Shown here: positions 47,618 to 57,769 of the stretch, one piece after another
How the letters are laid out: each line of letters begins with the position of its first letter
Numbering within the stretch: position 1 is the stretch's first letter
NCBI GenBank assembly: GCA_965202805.1
Contig: OZ241869.1
Coordinates: 2,624,001-2,688,000 of the forward strand
Direction of reading: 5' to 3'
Length of the DNA: 64,000 nt
Source of the DNA: Longimicrobiales bacterium
GTDB taxonomy: Bacteria; Gemmatimonadota; Gemmatimonadetes; Longimicrobiales; Gaopeijiaceae
Notes under the pieces: generated by a model
What the model saw: the letters and a program-made list of their open reading frames with translations, nothing else
Databases searched by the model: none
Told to the model about the DNA's origin: nothing
Made by a program: the position numbers and the translations under genes

Positions 47618-48094
47618 AGAGGGCGTTGCCTTCCTATGTCTCACCCCCAGCTAATAGCATGGAGACGTACCACAAGACGGCAGCCACTCTATCGATATGA
47701 AAGAAACCATTCCCGTCTCCTCGCACGACCGCTCTTGCGCTTTATTGCGGAAGTTATACGCGACATATTGCTTGGTTTGCTTCAGAGCGTGATCCCTTGA
47801 TGACCTTGCAAACCATATGCATTCAGACGGTCGGAATGCGTTCCCTTAACTCATATGCCCGCTCCATCACCGAGTGCGGATACGTCACCGTCTGCGCCTC
47901 CGGAGTCCTCCAAGTACCGGATGCTGTCCCCGTGCGTCGGCAGCAAGGGGACCTGCTACGACGGTTGTCGCGTGCCGCGAGACATATCGGCTGCCGACGC
48001 CAAGCAGTGTTGCAATGAAATGCTATGGCCGTGACAGGTTCAGGGCAGATGTTGTATCTTTTCATGTAGAGAAACGACACACGACGAGGCCTAC

Positions 48095-48763
48095 ATGAGG
48101 TTGATCGACTTTCTCAAACGCTATCCCGACGGTTGGATCGTGAACGCAACGAAGAGCCCGGAGGAGCACCGGTGGGCGCATGATCGTGACCCTGGGTTAT
48201 CCCGCAGGCGCTCCATCCACCATCGCATCCGACCTGCGATGATCGAGGAAGACAACGCGATGCTCCAGCGCATCGGTGAGGCCGGCGTGACCTCCGTTGG
48301 CGGCAAGCCGCGAAGGGGCAATAGCCGGTTCGGAGGTCGTCCGGGCCTGGACGGGCGCCACACACACACATTGGCGGTTATCGGCGCCGTCGATTGGGGC
48401 GCAGCGTGGGCACTCGCGTGGCCACCGATCCCTCGGAGGGAAGCGTTGGTCGGTTACCCAACCGCCACATGGATCTGCAGGGATCGCCGCTCACCACGGA
48501 TGGGTATCAGTCTCGAAAGCACCTTTGGGACTGGACGGCTTAACGCCATCATCAATCACCGCATCAGCTACCCGGTCGGGTTGGTTCACACTAACAGTGT
48601 CGAACGCTTCGGGAGCCTTCGAAAGCGCCCGTGGCATGCAACGCCGCATCGCCTCGAAGCAGAGCGCCTGCCGCTCTACATTGCCGAATCTGTCGGAGGA
48701 CATAATCACAGAAGGGATCGAAACGCGTTCGGTTCCGTCATTCGGGAGGCGATGGCATGGTGA
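48095..48763 (+). pseudogene. Degenerate IS1595-family (ISXO2-like) transposase
   Basis: MRLIDFLKRYPD N-terminus, VGGKPR, and INH...VHTNSVE.F..L.KR..H...LPLYIAE C-terminal DDE segment; zinc ribbon and middle region lost or scrambled. Confidence 0.7.
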
Positions 48764-50226
48764 ACACACCCAATAAGCTGCTCTACGGCGATTGCCTCAC
48801 GCACCTTCGGCAGATGCCGAAGTACAGCGTGGACTTAATCTATCTCGATCCGCCGTTCAACTCAAATCGCGAATACAACAACATCTACAAGGACGAGACA
48901 GGCCGCCCCCTCCCTGACATGATCGAGGCGTTCAATGACACCTGGACATTGGACCAAGAACGAGAGCGTGCTATACGGCATACCCCGGTCCTGATGCGGG
49001 AAGCAGGCATCGAGGACGAGGTAGCTAACTTTTGGAAGCTGTGGATGAATGCGCTGCGGGCCACCAATCCGCGGTTGCTCGCCTATCTGTCTTACATGAC
49101 CGAGCGGCTACTCCAGATGAAGAGCATCCTCAAGCCAGCCGGCACAATCTATGTACACTGTGATCCCACTGCAAGTCACTATCTGAAAGTGATGATGGAC
49201 AGCATTTTTGGACACAAGAACTTCCGCAATGAGATCGTTTGGTGCTACCGTGGGGGCGGAGTTCCGAAGAGCGACTTTGCACGAAAGCATGACATTATCC
49301 TGCGGTATTCGGCGGGAAAAACGGTGACGTTCAATGTCGATGACGTGCGGATTCCCTATTCTGATGCGGTCTTAGGAAGTAACCCTAGCCGGTACGACAA
49401 ATCTTACCGACCAGGGAAGGTCTATAGCGGATACACTCTGAACCCAAAGGGGAAGCATCCTGAAGACTGGTGGCCGATCCAGCCAATTATGCCGTCATCT
49501 GGTGAACGCATGGGGTACAAGACCCAGAAGCCTCTCGTCCTAATGGAGCGTATCATCAAGGCCAGCAGCAATCCGCGAGACATGGTACTTGACCCTTTCT
49601 GCGGGTGTGGAACAACGATGGAAGCGGCTCACAGACTCGGCCGTCGATGGATTGGCATAGACATCGCGATTCATGCCGTCAAGCGTGTATCCCGCGTCCG
49701 ACTCCAAGAGCGTCTAGGATTGGTCGAGGGTGAGCACTTTGAGATCGACGGAGTGCCGCGCGACCTCGAAGGAGCCATAGACCTTTGGAAGCGGGACAAA
49801 TATGACTTCCAGCGTTGGGCTGTGGAACAGGTGGACGGCTTTGTGACTACCAAGCGGACGGCGGACGGCGGAATTGACGGACGTCTGTACTTCGGCGTGA
49901 AGGATCGAAAAGACCTTGCCAGCATGGCACTGGAGGTGAAAGGTGGAAAACACGTCACCATCGCACACCTGAGAGCATTGCGGGGAGTACTGGAGACGGA
50001 CAGTGCAGAGATGGCCGGGCTGATCGTTATGAACCCACTAGGGCCGACCCAACAACGGAATTTCAATCGCTTCGCAGCGCAGGCGGGCTACTTTGAGGAA
50101 CTAGGCACCAAGTATGACTGTATGCAGATTCTCACTGTGCCTGATATCTTGGCGGGGAAGAAGTTCCATACACCCAGCGTGGCGGGTTTGTACGTGACCG
50201 GACAAGGCCAATTGGGGCTCGGATAG
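48757..50226 (+). CDS. N6/N4 DNA methyltransferase (beta class) fused to a C-terminal Mrr-like PD-(D/E)XK domain
   Basis: YLDPPFNS, HCDPTASHYLK, TQKP, LDPFCGCGTT; C-terminal FQRWAV...ADGGIDG...LEVKGG. Confidence 0.9.
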   Translation: MVNTPNKLLYGDCLTHLRQMPKYSVDLIYLDPPFNSNREYNNIYKDETGRPLPDMIEAFNDTWTLDQERERAIRHTPVLMREAGIEDEVANFWKLWMNALRATNPRLLAYLSYMTERLLQMKSILKPAGTIYVHCDPTASHYLKVMMDSIFGHKNFRNEIVWCYRGGGVPKSDFARKHDIILRYSAGKTVTFNVDDVRIPYSDAVLGSNPSRYDKSYRPGKVYSGYTLNPKGKHPEDWWPIQPIMPSSGERMGYKTQKPLVLMERIIKASSNPRDMVLDPFCGCGTTMEAAHRLGRRWIGIDIAIHAVKRVSRVRLQERLGLVEGEHFEIDGVPRDLEGAIDLWKRDKYDFQRWAVEQVDGFVTTKRTADGGIDGRLYFGVKDRKDLASMALEVKGGKHVTIAHLRALRGVLETDSAEMAGLIVMNPLGPTQQRNFNRFAAQAGYFEELGTKYDCMQILTVPDILAGKKFHTPSVAGLYVTGQGQLGLG

Positions 50227-50317
50227 TTCTGCCCATGGGCGCAAGCCTAGAGCTCATCATTTCATATCAGTTGTCGTCCTGAGCCTCGCGATCCGCGAAT
50301 GTACAAGTACGATGGAT

Positions 50318-51053
50318 TGGACGCCCCCTCCCGACGGCATCGCGATGTGCCAAGATGGTGCTGAAGCGATTAAGTCGGCCATCTGAGGGAGGAGGCATCC
50401 ACATGGAAGAGGTTACGATCATCGGGATCGATCTGGCAAAGCGCAGCTTTCAGGTACACGGGGCGCGGGCGGACGGGTCGGTTGCCTACCGCAGGAAGCT
50501 GAGCCGCGGGAAGCTGCTGGGCTTTTTCGGTTCACAGCCGCCGTGTACGGTGGCGATGGAGGCGTGCGCCAGCGCCCACTACTGGGGCCGTGAGATCGTG
50601 GCGCTCGGCCACGAAGTGAGACTGGTTCCCCCGATCTACGTGAAACCCTTCGTCAAGAGGAACAAAAACGACGCGGCCGACGCGGAGGCGATCACGGAGA
50701 CGGCGCAGCGTCCGACCATGCACTTCGTGGCGGTCAAGACCGAAGCGCAGCAAGCGCAGGGGATGCTCTTTCGCACGCGTGACCTGCTGGTGCGCCAGCG
50801 GACGCAGACGATCAACGCGCTGCGGGGCCACCTCGCCGAGTACGGTGTTGTCACTCCGCAGGGCAGGGCCCGGATCAGGCCGTTGGCCGCGGTGCTCGAA
50901 GACCGGGACTGTAGCTTGCCCGAGGCGGTCGCCGATCTGGGCTGGGTGCTGCTCGGGCGGATCGATGAACTCGATGAGAAGATCGATGGGCTCGACCGCG
51001 AAATCCAGGCGAGCGCGCGGCAGAATGAAGAGACGGCGCGGCTGATGACGATC
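50318..51053 (+). mobile_element. Truncated IS110-family (IS1111-like) element; transposase starts at 50403
   Basis: IGIDLAK, MEAC, KNDAADAEAI (DEDD RuvC domain); homology ends at RLMTI just before the expected PGIG; imperfect IR TGGACGCCCCCTCCC (50318-32)/GGGAGGAGGCATCCA (50387-401) in the left end. Confidence 0.85.
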
Positions 51054-51067
51054 TGTCTTCGAAGCGC

Positions 51068-51310
51068 TTATGGTTCTGTCTCCATCCGATTCAATCGCTG
51101 ACTAATCGCTTGCTGCTCCTTGTGGAACAAGTCAAGCACCTTCACGATCTTCGGCAGCATGTCGTCGAGCCGCCGCTCGATGGCGTCGATCCGTTCTTCG
51201 GGTGTGTCCAGCGCTCGGATCTGGTGTTCGTCGAGCGATCGAAGCAGGGCCGCGATCATGGGACTGGACCGCGCCATTTTCTTTATGACTCTTCTGGATT
51301 CTTGGTTCAT
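51068..51310 (-). CDS. Small hypothetical coiled-coil protein
   Basis: 80-aa ORF, heptad-like ERIDAIERRLDDML; lower GC. Confidence 0.35.
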   Translation of the reverse strand: MNQESRRVIKKMARSSPMIAALLRSLDEHQIRALDTPEERIDAIERRLDDMLPKIVKVLDLFHKEQQAISQRLNRMETEP

Positions 51311-51705
51311 GGTTCTTGGAGTGCGTCCCTGGCGCAGTGTTGTTACCGTCCCTGTGGCGACATCTATGAGCCAGCCATCCATGCCGCACGCTCGTCGGCG
51401 ACCATTCTTCGTTCGGAATCAATTCCTGCGGGAGCGGTGGCGGTGGGCATAGCGAGCAAGCTACTTGCGCGGCAGCTGCAGGTCCACCGAGGGCCGACCG
51501 GTCAGCACCAGCCAAGTGGACAGGCTCCCGTCCAACTGGTTCATCGATCGCGTTCGCCTCTCGCCTCAGTGCCACAACGTACTCGAACGGGGCGGCAGCC
51601 TCCTCCGGCCAGACCCCAACATCGCTGTGCTCCGGTCGCCGTCGGAGCGGATGGCGTTAGGTTGACGAATGTCAACCGTGATGGACGAGAACCCTGCTAA
51701 GCGCC

Positions 51706-53169
51706 ATGGAAGAACTCTTGTCTCAGGAAACGCGCCAACGCTCAACCGAGGAAGATGCAGATCGCTTTGTCAACCTGGTGAATGACTCCGGGTACTGGCA
51801 GTCCATCGACTTACGCATCTGCGCCATCCGTTGTGGCCGTCACTGGGTGAACCTCGTGACCCGTGGCTTCCTGGACCACCGCCCCGCTCGGTCGGTTCCC
51901 GCCTTCTCTCCGGTTGAGCGGTCGGACTTCCGCGCTTGGCAGGTGGTCCTTCCGATCACGGACCTGTCCGACGTGGTGCACGGGATTGTCAGCGGCACGA
52001 CGAAGCTGGGGAAGCCGTCCGTACAATACGTTGGCAGGTCGGATCAGCCGGCCATGGAGGTGAGTTACGTCTTCAGCGAACTCTCGGCGTCGTATCGGAG
52101 TGTGGAGTACGATGCCTGGAGCTGTCACGCCCTCGTGGGCCACGGTTCTCCGATGTGGCAGGTAGTGAGGGAGGCTGGCCAAGGTCCGTTGGAACTCGAC
52201 TGCATGATTCGCAGTGGGCCGAACGCCTACGACGGGCTCTCGGACCTGGTGCGAAGATTCTGCACACGCACCGAGGGACCGGAGATCCAGCGCAACCCGA
52301 CCATCTTCGAGTTGATCGCTCCCCTGGCCTTGCGCTTTGATCGTGAAAAGGGAGTCTCTTCGCCCGAACGCGCGAGCGTCGCCCTGCGGGCCGCTGCAGA
52401 TGTCTTCGTCGCGAAGGCGGAGTTGGTCTGGACGGTGGTCGCTGGCGGAGAACCGCCCCGTCACGGGTCGACCAAGCTGCACGAGCGCGACTGGACCAAT
52501 CACGATGGTGGCGTCCGCGCGCGGCTGGACATTCCGATTCGCGAGGGCGACGCGACCGCCACGCTCTTCATTCTCATGGCGGGCCGATGTGTGGACTGCG
52601 TGTCCGTGCCCTTAGCCGAAGCGGGCTACAACCTTCAGATGAGAACACACAACGTTGTGGATCCGGGCCTTCGCCGGTTCCTTGAGCATCTACGGCCGGC
52701 AAGATCGCACAAGGGGAAGGAGTTCGGGGAGGCTGTTGGTCTGCTGTTCCTCTTCCTCGGCTTCCATGTGGATCCGCTCTACGCGCAGAGTGGGCTGGGG
52801 GACGCCGTCGACAGCTTGGCTCATGATCCGGCCTCTTCCGTCATCCTAGCCATCGAGTGCACGGTCGGGCCGCCGGACGGGAAGGCAAAACTGAGCAAGC
52901 TTATCGCCCGGTCAGCGGAAATGCGCAGCAAGCTTCGGGATAGCGAAGTGATCCCTGTCCTCGCGACGGCAATTCCGCGTGAGGCGGTATCGAAGATCGA
53001 AGTGGAGAAGGCCGAGCGTGACGGCGTTGCGCTTCTCGCTCGAGAGGATCTCGATGACCTCTGGACGGCGGCGCAGACCGGAGAGACCACAACCCATGTG
53101 GTCCGCCGGCTACGGCACCAACTCACACAAGAGAGACTTCGGGGAGCCAGGAACCGAGAGGGCGATTGA
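51706..53169 (+). CDS. Hypothetical protein with C-terminal restriction-endonuclease-like PD-(D/E)XK domain
   Basis: KGKEFGEAVGLLFLFLGF...AVDSLA...ILAIECT pattern of Mrr-like nuclease domains; N-terminal ~330 aa unrecognised. Confidence 0.65.
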   Translation: MEELLSQETRQRSTEEDADRFVNLVNDSGYWQSIDLRICAIRCGRHWVNLVTRGFLDHRPARSVPAFSPVERSDFRAWQVVLPITDLSDVVHGIVSGTTKLGKPSVQYVGRSDQPAMEVSYVFSELSASYRSVEYDAWSCHALVGHGSPMWQVVREAGQGPLELDCMIRSGPNAYDGLSDLVRRFCTRTEGPEIQRNPTIFELIAPLALRFDREKGVSSPERASVALRAAADVFVAKAELVWTVVAGGEPPRHGSTKLHERDWTNHDGGVRARLDIPIREGDATATLFILMAGRCVDCVSVPLAEAGYNLQMRTHNVVDPGLRRFLEHLRPARSHKGKEFGEAVGLLFLFLGFHVDPLYAQSGLGDAVDSLAHDPASSVILAIECTVGPPDGKAKLSKLIARSAEMRSKLRDSEVIPVLATAIPREAVSKIEVEKAERDGVALLAREDLDDLWTAAQTGETTTHVVRRLRHQLTQERLRGARNREGD

Positions 53170-53287
53170 TCGGGACAATCGTGACGGCTGACCCGGTGTT
53201 TTCGGTTGTGCTCCCGGGGTCCTGTGGACGGTAGTCCGGGCGGCCGGGATGCGCTCATGGTGACGGCTTATCGCCGCGGAGAAGTAG

Positions 53288-53926
53288 TCACCTAGATCGC
53301 AACTCGCGCAGGGAACCGAAATACTCTGGCAAGGCACCGCCACGAGTCGGCCCCGTCCAGTTCCCTAAGCTAGTTTCGATGGTTGCCTCTACGGATTTCG
53401 GATATCCCAAATCCGACGGGAGATTGGTGTGTGAAGGAACCCTCAACTGGATATTGCCCCCGGGCGGGAGGACCGACCTATCTGGTTGCACCTCGTGAAG
53501 CAGTGTTTTCGCCTTCTTCTTTCGTGCCAATCCCAACCGCTTCGCCCTTACTCCCACACTCTTGATCGTTACCGTGCGGAGGCTCATATTATCAATAGAA
53601 AAAACGAAGTCCTCGTACGTTGTATATACGGGCACGGAGCCAGGGTCTTGCTCGCAGTAGTTGGGATCTTCCTCATAGTACCAGTCTACCGATACTGCTA
53701 ATCGGAGGCTCTCGGAGCGACGGGCGAGACGTAACGAAACAACCACGGCACCTAGAGACCCAATACCGGCGACGAAACCGCCCAACATGGTAAGCACTCG
53801 GATCGTATGATCCGACAGCCACGGGAAGAGATCACCCACAGAGGCTAAAACCTCTTGATCTGGAACAAGACAACGAAGTACGTCTCGTCCTCGGAAGATG
53901 CCGTTCCCAGTGGCGCGGAAGAACAC
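53288..53926 (-). CDS. Hypothetical protein with N-terminal TM helix (start uncertain)
   Basis: Hydrophobic MLGGFVAGIGSLGAVVVSL followed by an Ig-like beta pattern (FSIDNMSLRTVTIKSVG). Confidence 0.45.
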   Translation of the reverse strand: MFFRATGNGIFRGRDVLRCLVPDQEVLASVGDLFPWLSDHTIRVLTMLGGFVAGIGSLGAVVVSLRLARRSESLRLAVSVDWYYEEDPNYCEQDPGSVPVYTTYEDFVFSIDNMSLRTVTIKSVGVRAKRLGLARKKKAKTLLHEVQPDRSVLPPGGNIQLRVPSHTNLPSDLGYPKSVEATIETSLGNWTGPTRGGALPEYFGSLRELRSR

Positions 53927-54015
53927 TCCCGCATCGTATCGATGCCTGCTTCCCCAACTACCCGACCGCTATGCCTATCGCCCAAGAGCTTCCCTTTGAT
54001 TGAGACGTTTGGACA

Positions 54016-56358
54016 CTACTGCGGCCAGTGCTTCTGCCGGTACTCAAGCAGTGCCGATCCCGAGAGTTCCTCCGTCGCGTTGTTGAGTCGCGCGAAGAAG
54101 ATCTCCCGGGCCTTACCCTTTCGGGAGGCAAACGTCGGCTGGGTCCCACGACGTACGTCGATGCGCGCGATCGTCCGGCCTTCGATAGTGCAGTAGCCCA
54201 CGGGGAGATCGGTGGCGGCGACGCTTCCGAGTGCGTTCTTGACCGCCGTGGTTATCCAAAGCTCCCAACCATCGCAGTCCGCCCCTTTGACGTGCGGGTA
54301 GTCCGCCTCGATTCCCACGGGGTCACCTCGGTCATTGACACCGATCAGTAGCGTGCCGCCATCCGTGTTCATGAAGGCGGCAATCGTCTTGATGACTGCC
54401 CACGTGATTGCCTCGTCACGCCCGTTGCTGTGCAGGTTGAAGCGGGCTGTCGACTTGAACTCGACCACCGCCGATTCACCGTTCTCGATCAATGACCGGA
54501 CACCCGACTCGATGTCGATCTCTCGCTGAGCGAACGGGCTCTCGTCGCGCTCCGGCCGCCGATTCACCGGCTTGGACATCGCTCGTTCGATGTGGCCGAG
54601 TAGACGCTCGAACCGCTGGTTGAAATAGTGTCCGAAATCGTCACATCGAAGGGCCACCGGGTCAATGTCGTGGGAGCGGAGAAAGCCGTCGAGCACATGT
54701 GACTGGATGCCATCGCCGGATTCGATCCGTGAAAGGTAGACGCTGGGCGCGGAGCCGCCGATGCGTCGGTTGGTGCGTGCGTCGAGAGCCGTCTTGTTGA
54801 CGATGCAGTTCGCAATCCCCGAGTCGATACCGTGCTCATCCCCGCGCGTGTCGCACCAGTGCCGAGGAAAGACATGGTGGATATCGATCGCTTGCTCCAT
54901 ATAGGCGTGGACATCGATCGGCTGGCCGGTCTTGAAATCGCGAGCGCCCTGCTTCATCTGGAGTGCGTGCAGGCCCTTGTAGGCGGCACTGTTTCGTGTG
55001 CGTAACGTGAGTAGCCGCTCTGCTTGGAACTGTGCGGCTTGCACCGTGCGGGGCGGGGGAGAGTCGGGCAACGCCTCGGTCCACGCAACGCAATCCTCCA
55101 GGTCAAGCGCAAACCGTGTTTCCGTGCCGCCGCCGTACATTTCACCGAGGACACCGCACCAGAACCACCGCCCGAGCCGCTGAAGCGACTCGTAAGACTC
55201 CGCTCGGTCTTCCAGCCAGCCGAAGATGGCCGCCAAGGGCACCAACTGCGTTGTGTACGGGATATCGCGGTAGCGGAACATGCACTGGGTGTGCAAGAAC
55301 GAGACCGTGCGCAGCAGTCCTGTCTCGGCTCGATCCGCCCATTGCTCGTAGTCCGCGAGCGGTAGGCGCAAGACCTCACGGCGCTTGCAGGAGATCGCCG
55401 GAGCTTTGTCGTCCTCCGGATGTGCCCCGAGATGCGACTGCCGTCGGTTGTAGGTGGCGAGCAGCGTAACGATCTGCAGGAAGGCAGTGGCGTCGACCTT
55501 CTTCAGCAGTTCGAATTGGCTGAGTCGCTGCTGGCGGGCTTCCCAGTCCTTGCGCAGTTCGAAGTTGTCGGCGGCGTATGTCGCCGTCAGCAGTTCGAAG
55601 ACCGTCAGCGTAACGCCACCGGTGTTGACCTTCTCGAACACCTGGCACACGGCCTCCTTCGGTGTCGGCTTAGCCAGTTGAATCGTCGGCACATCGTATT
55701 GCTGGAACGGAAGGACGACTTCCTCGTGAAACCGCATCCACTTGGCGAGCCGCTCGGCCATGTCACCGCGACCTGAACCCAGATACGCCTGCTGCCAGAC
55801 CATCGTGTCGCCGGCATGGAAAACGATGTCCAGCGGAAACATCTGTGCCGCAATTTCGTGCTCGCGAGTGGTAAGGTCCAGATCGACTTTCCGACCGAAG
55901 TCGCTCCGAATGATGCGATCCGCCGGAATGCCGACGATGCCCTTCTCTTCCCGGTCCGCAGAGGGGTCGATGCAGGCTTCGATGCTTGCATAGTAGTGAC
56001 GGAGCAGCTTTTTCCCACGGCTTGAGCGCGTGCGAACCGGGTCTCGGGACTTCAGGGCCTGGAACAGCGACGTTAGCCGCTGCTGGCCGTCGAGCAGCAG
56101 CGTCTCGGGCTCCGGCCTCGGGTTCAGCTTGACCCCTTCGAGCAATCTCGCCTTGAAGTTCACGCCGGGATTGCCGGCGACAAGCGTCATGACCGCCCCG
56201 ATCGGATACGACAGCGAAATCGAGGCCAGCAGACTCCGGATGTGGTCGTCGTCCCACACCCATCCACGTTGGAAGTCCGGCAGTTGGAGCTCACCGCTAG
56301 TCGCTTGATCGAGCAGGTCTACGAGGGGCACATCGTCGCTGTTGAACTTCTTCTTCAT
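54016..56358 (-). CDS. GmrSD-type DUF262 + HNH(DUF1524-like) protein fused to a C-terminal Schlafen/AlbA_2 domain
   Basis: LPDFQRGWVW, LLDGQQRLT, FEKVNTGG (DUF262); DIHHVFP...N...N (HNH-like); GESAVVEFKST...IAAFMNTDGGTLLIGVNDRG (AlbA_2). Confidence 0.88.
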   Translation of the reverse strand: MKKKFNSDDVPLVDLLDQATSGELQLPDFQRGWVWDDDHIRSLLASISLSYPIGAVMTLVAGNPGVNFKARLLEGVKLNPRPEPETLLLDGQQRLTSLFQALKSRDPVRTRSSRGKKLLRHYYASIEACIDPSADREEKGIVGIPADRIIRSDFGRKVDLDLTTREHEIAAQMFPLDIVFHAGDTMVWQQAYLGSGRGDMAERLAKWMRFHEEVVLPFQQYDVPTIQLAKPTPKEAVCQVFEKVNTGGVTLTVFELLTATYAADNFELRKDWEARQQRLSQFELLKKVDATAFLQIVTLLATYNRRQSHLGAHPEDDKAPAISCKRREVLRLPLADYEQWADRAETGLLRTVSFLHTQCMFRYRDIPYTTQLVPLAAIFGWLEDRAESYESLQRLGRWFWCGVLGEMYGGGTETRFALDLEDCVAWTEALPDSPPPRTVQAAQFQAERLLTLRTRNSAAYKGLHALQMKQGARDFKTGQPIDVHAYMEQAIDIHHVFPRHWCDTRGDEHGIDSGIANCIVNKTALDARTNRRIGGSAPSVYLSRIESGDGIQSHVLDGFLRSHDIDPVALRCDDFGHYFNQRFERLLGHIERAMSKPVNRRPERDESPFAQREIDIESGVRSLIENGESAVVEFKSTARFNLHSNGRDEAITWAVIKTIAAFMNTDGGTLLIGVNDRGDPVGIEADYPHVKGADCDGWELWITTAVKNALGSVAATDLPVGYCTIEGRTIARIDVRRGTQPTFASRKGKAREIFFARLNNATEELSGSALLEYRQKHWPQ

Positions 56359-56419
56359 CAGTTGCTCTCGTCACATGGGGAAAAGCTGCCGTCGCGTTCA
56401 CCAGAACTTATCTCCAATC

Positions 56420-56641
56420 TCACCCCACCGGCTCCCAAAGCTCAATCGCGTTCCCCTCGGGGTCGTGTATCCGCGCGAAGCGCCCGATGCCCTCCATCTC
56501 GCTTTCGTGGCTAACCTCGATGTCCGCGGACTTCAGTTGTGCGATCATCGCGTCCAGATCGGCCACGCGGAAGTTCAGCATGAACGTCTTGTCCGCCGCG
56601 AAGTAGTCCGTGTCGGCGGCGAAGGGTCCGAAGACCGTGAC
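56420..56641 (-). pseudogene. C-terminal fragment of a VOC/glyoxalase protein
   Basis: TVFGPF..DTDYF...FMLNFRVADLDAM...GRFARIHDPEGNAIELWEP; typical N-terminal half absent. Confidence 0.7.
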
Positions 56642-56794
56642 CCGCCGAGCCCCTGAACGCGTGGCACGCTGCCTCCCCTGGGTGATGGACCGCACCATCT
56701 GCGCATCGGAAGTCTCGCGGAGAGAGGCCGTCCCTGCCAGACTTGTGGCGGAACTCGACTCTCGACGGCAACCACCACCAACCGGAACACCCCC

Positions 56795-57769
56795 ATGCCA
56801 AAGAACATCGTCGTGTGCTGTGACGGCACGGGCAACGAGTACGGCCCCAACAACACCAACGTCGTGAAGCTGTACGAGGCGATCGTTCGCGACGCGGACC
56901 AGGTCGCCTTCTACGATCCGGGCGTCGGCACCTTCAGCTTTCTCGGCAGGACGCTCGGACGCCGGGTGGGCCGCACGCTGGGGAAGGCGTTCGGTGCCGG
57001 GCTCCAGCAGAACATAGAGGATGCCTACCGGTTCCTCATGGACCGCTACGAGCCGGGGGACAGGCTGTACCTGTTCGGCTTCAGCCGCGGCGCGTTCACC
57101 GTGCGCGCGCTGGCCGGGATGCTGAACCTGTGCGGTCTGCTGCAGAAGGGCAGCCTCAACCTGGTGCCGTACGCGTCCAGGATCTACAACGACCGCGCGC
57201 GTCACGGGATGGCGCCCGGGTTCAAGCGGACCTATTGCCACGACTGCCGTCCGCACCTCATCGGCGTGTGGGACACGGTCGGCTCGATGGGCTGGTTCTG
57301 GGGCCGGAAGTTCTTCGACTCAACGCTGAACCACGATGTGAAGTACGGCTACCACGCGGTCTCCATCGACGAACAGCGCAAGAAGTTCCCGGCCAACATG
57401 TGGCGCGAGGACGCCAAGGCCGACCACCAGACGATCGAGCAGGTCTGGTTCGCCGGCGTCCACTCCGATGTCGGCGGCTGGTATCGCGATGCCGGCCTCT
57501 CCGACATCGCACTGGAATGGATGCTGGACAGGGCGCGAGCCCGGGGCTTGCGTCTGAGACCGCACTGGCGCCGCAGGCTCTCACCCGATCCCGCGGGTCG
57601 CCTCCACGTCTCGAGAACCGGCCTGTGGCGGCTGTGGAGGCCGGCGCCGCGAGCCATCCCCGAAGGTGCGCTCATCCACAGGAGCGTGCTGGCGCGCATG
57701 GAGGATCCCGCGCTGGGGTACGCGCCCGCCAATCTGCCCGGCGCGCATACGGTTGTCGGTGGTCGCTAG
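56795..57769 (+). CDS. DUF2235 (Tle1-like) alpha/beta hydrolase/phospholipase
   Basis: IVVCCDGT, TNVVKL, YDPGVG, FGFSRGAF, GVWDTV, HAVSIDE, WFAGVHSDVGG. Confidence 0.92.
   Translation: MPKNIVVCCDGTGNEYGPNNTNVVKLYEAIVRDADQVAFYDPGVGTFSFLGRTLGRRVGRTLGKAFGAGLQQNIEDAYRFLMDRYEPGDRLYLFGFSRGAFTVRALAGMLNLCGLLQKGSLNLVPYASRIYNDRARHGMAPGFKRTYCHDCRPHLIGVWDTVGSMGWFWGRKFFDSTLNHDVKYGYHAVSIDEQRKKFPANMWREDAKADHQTIEQVWFAGVHSDVGGWYRDAGLSDIALEWMLDRARARGLRLRPHWRRRLSPDPAGRLHVSRTGLWRLWRPAPRAIPEGALIHRSVLARMEDPALGYAPANLPGAHTVVGGR

Noticed and set aside
47640..50300. Possible IS1595 terminal inverted repeats (TAATAGCA ~47653, TGCTATGG ~48021, GGGCAGA/TCTGCCC)
   Set aside because: Matches of 7 bp or less, or in the wrong orientation; element ends cannot be defined
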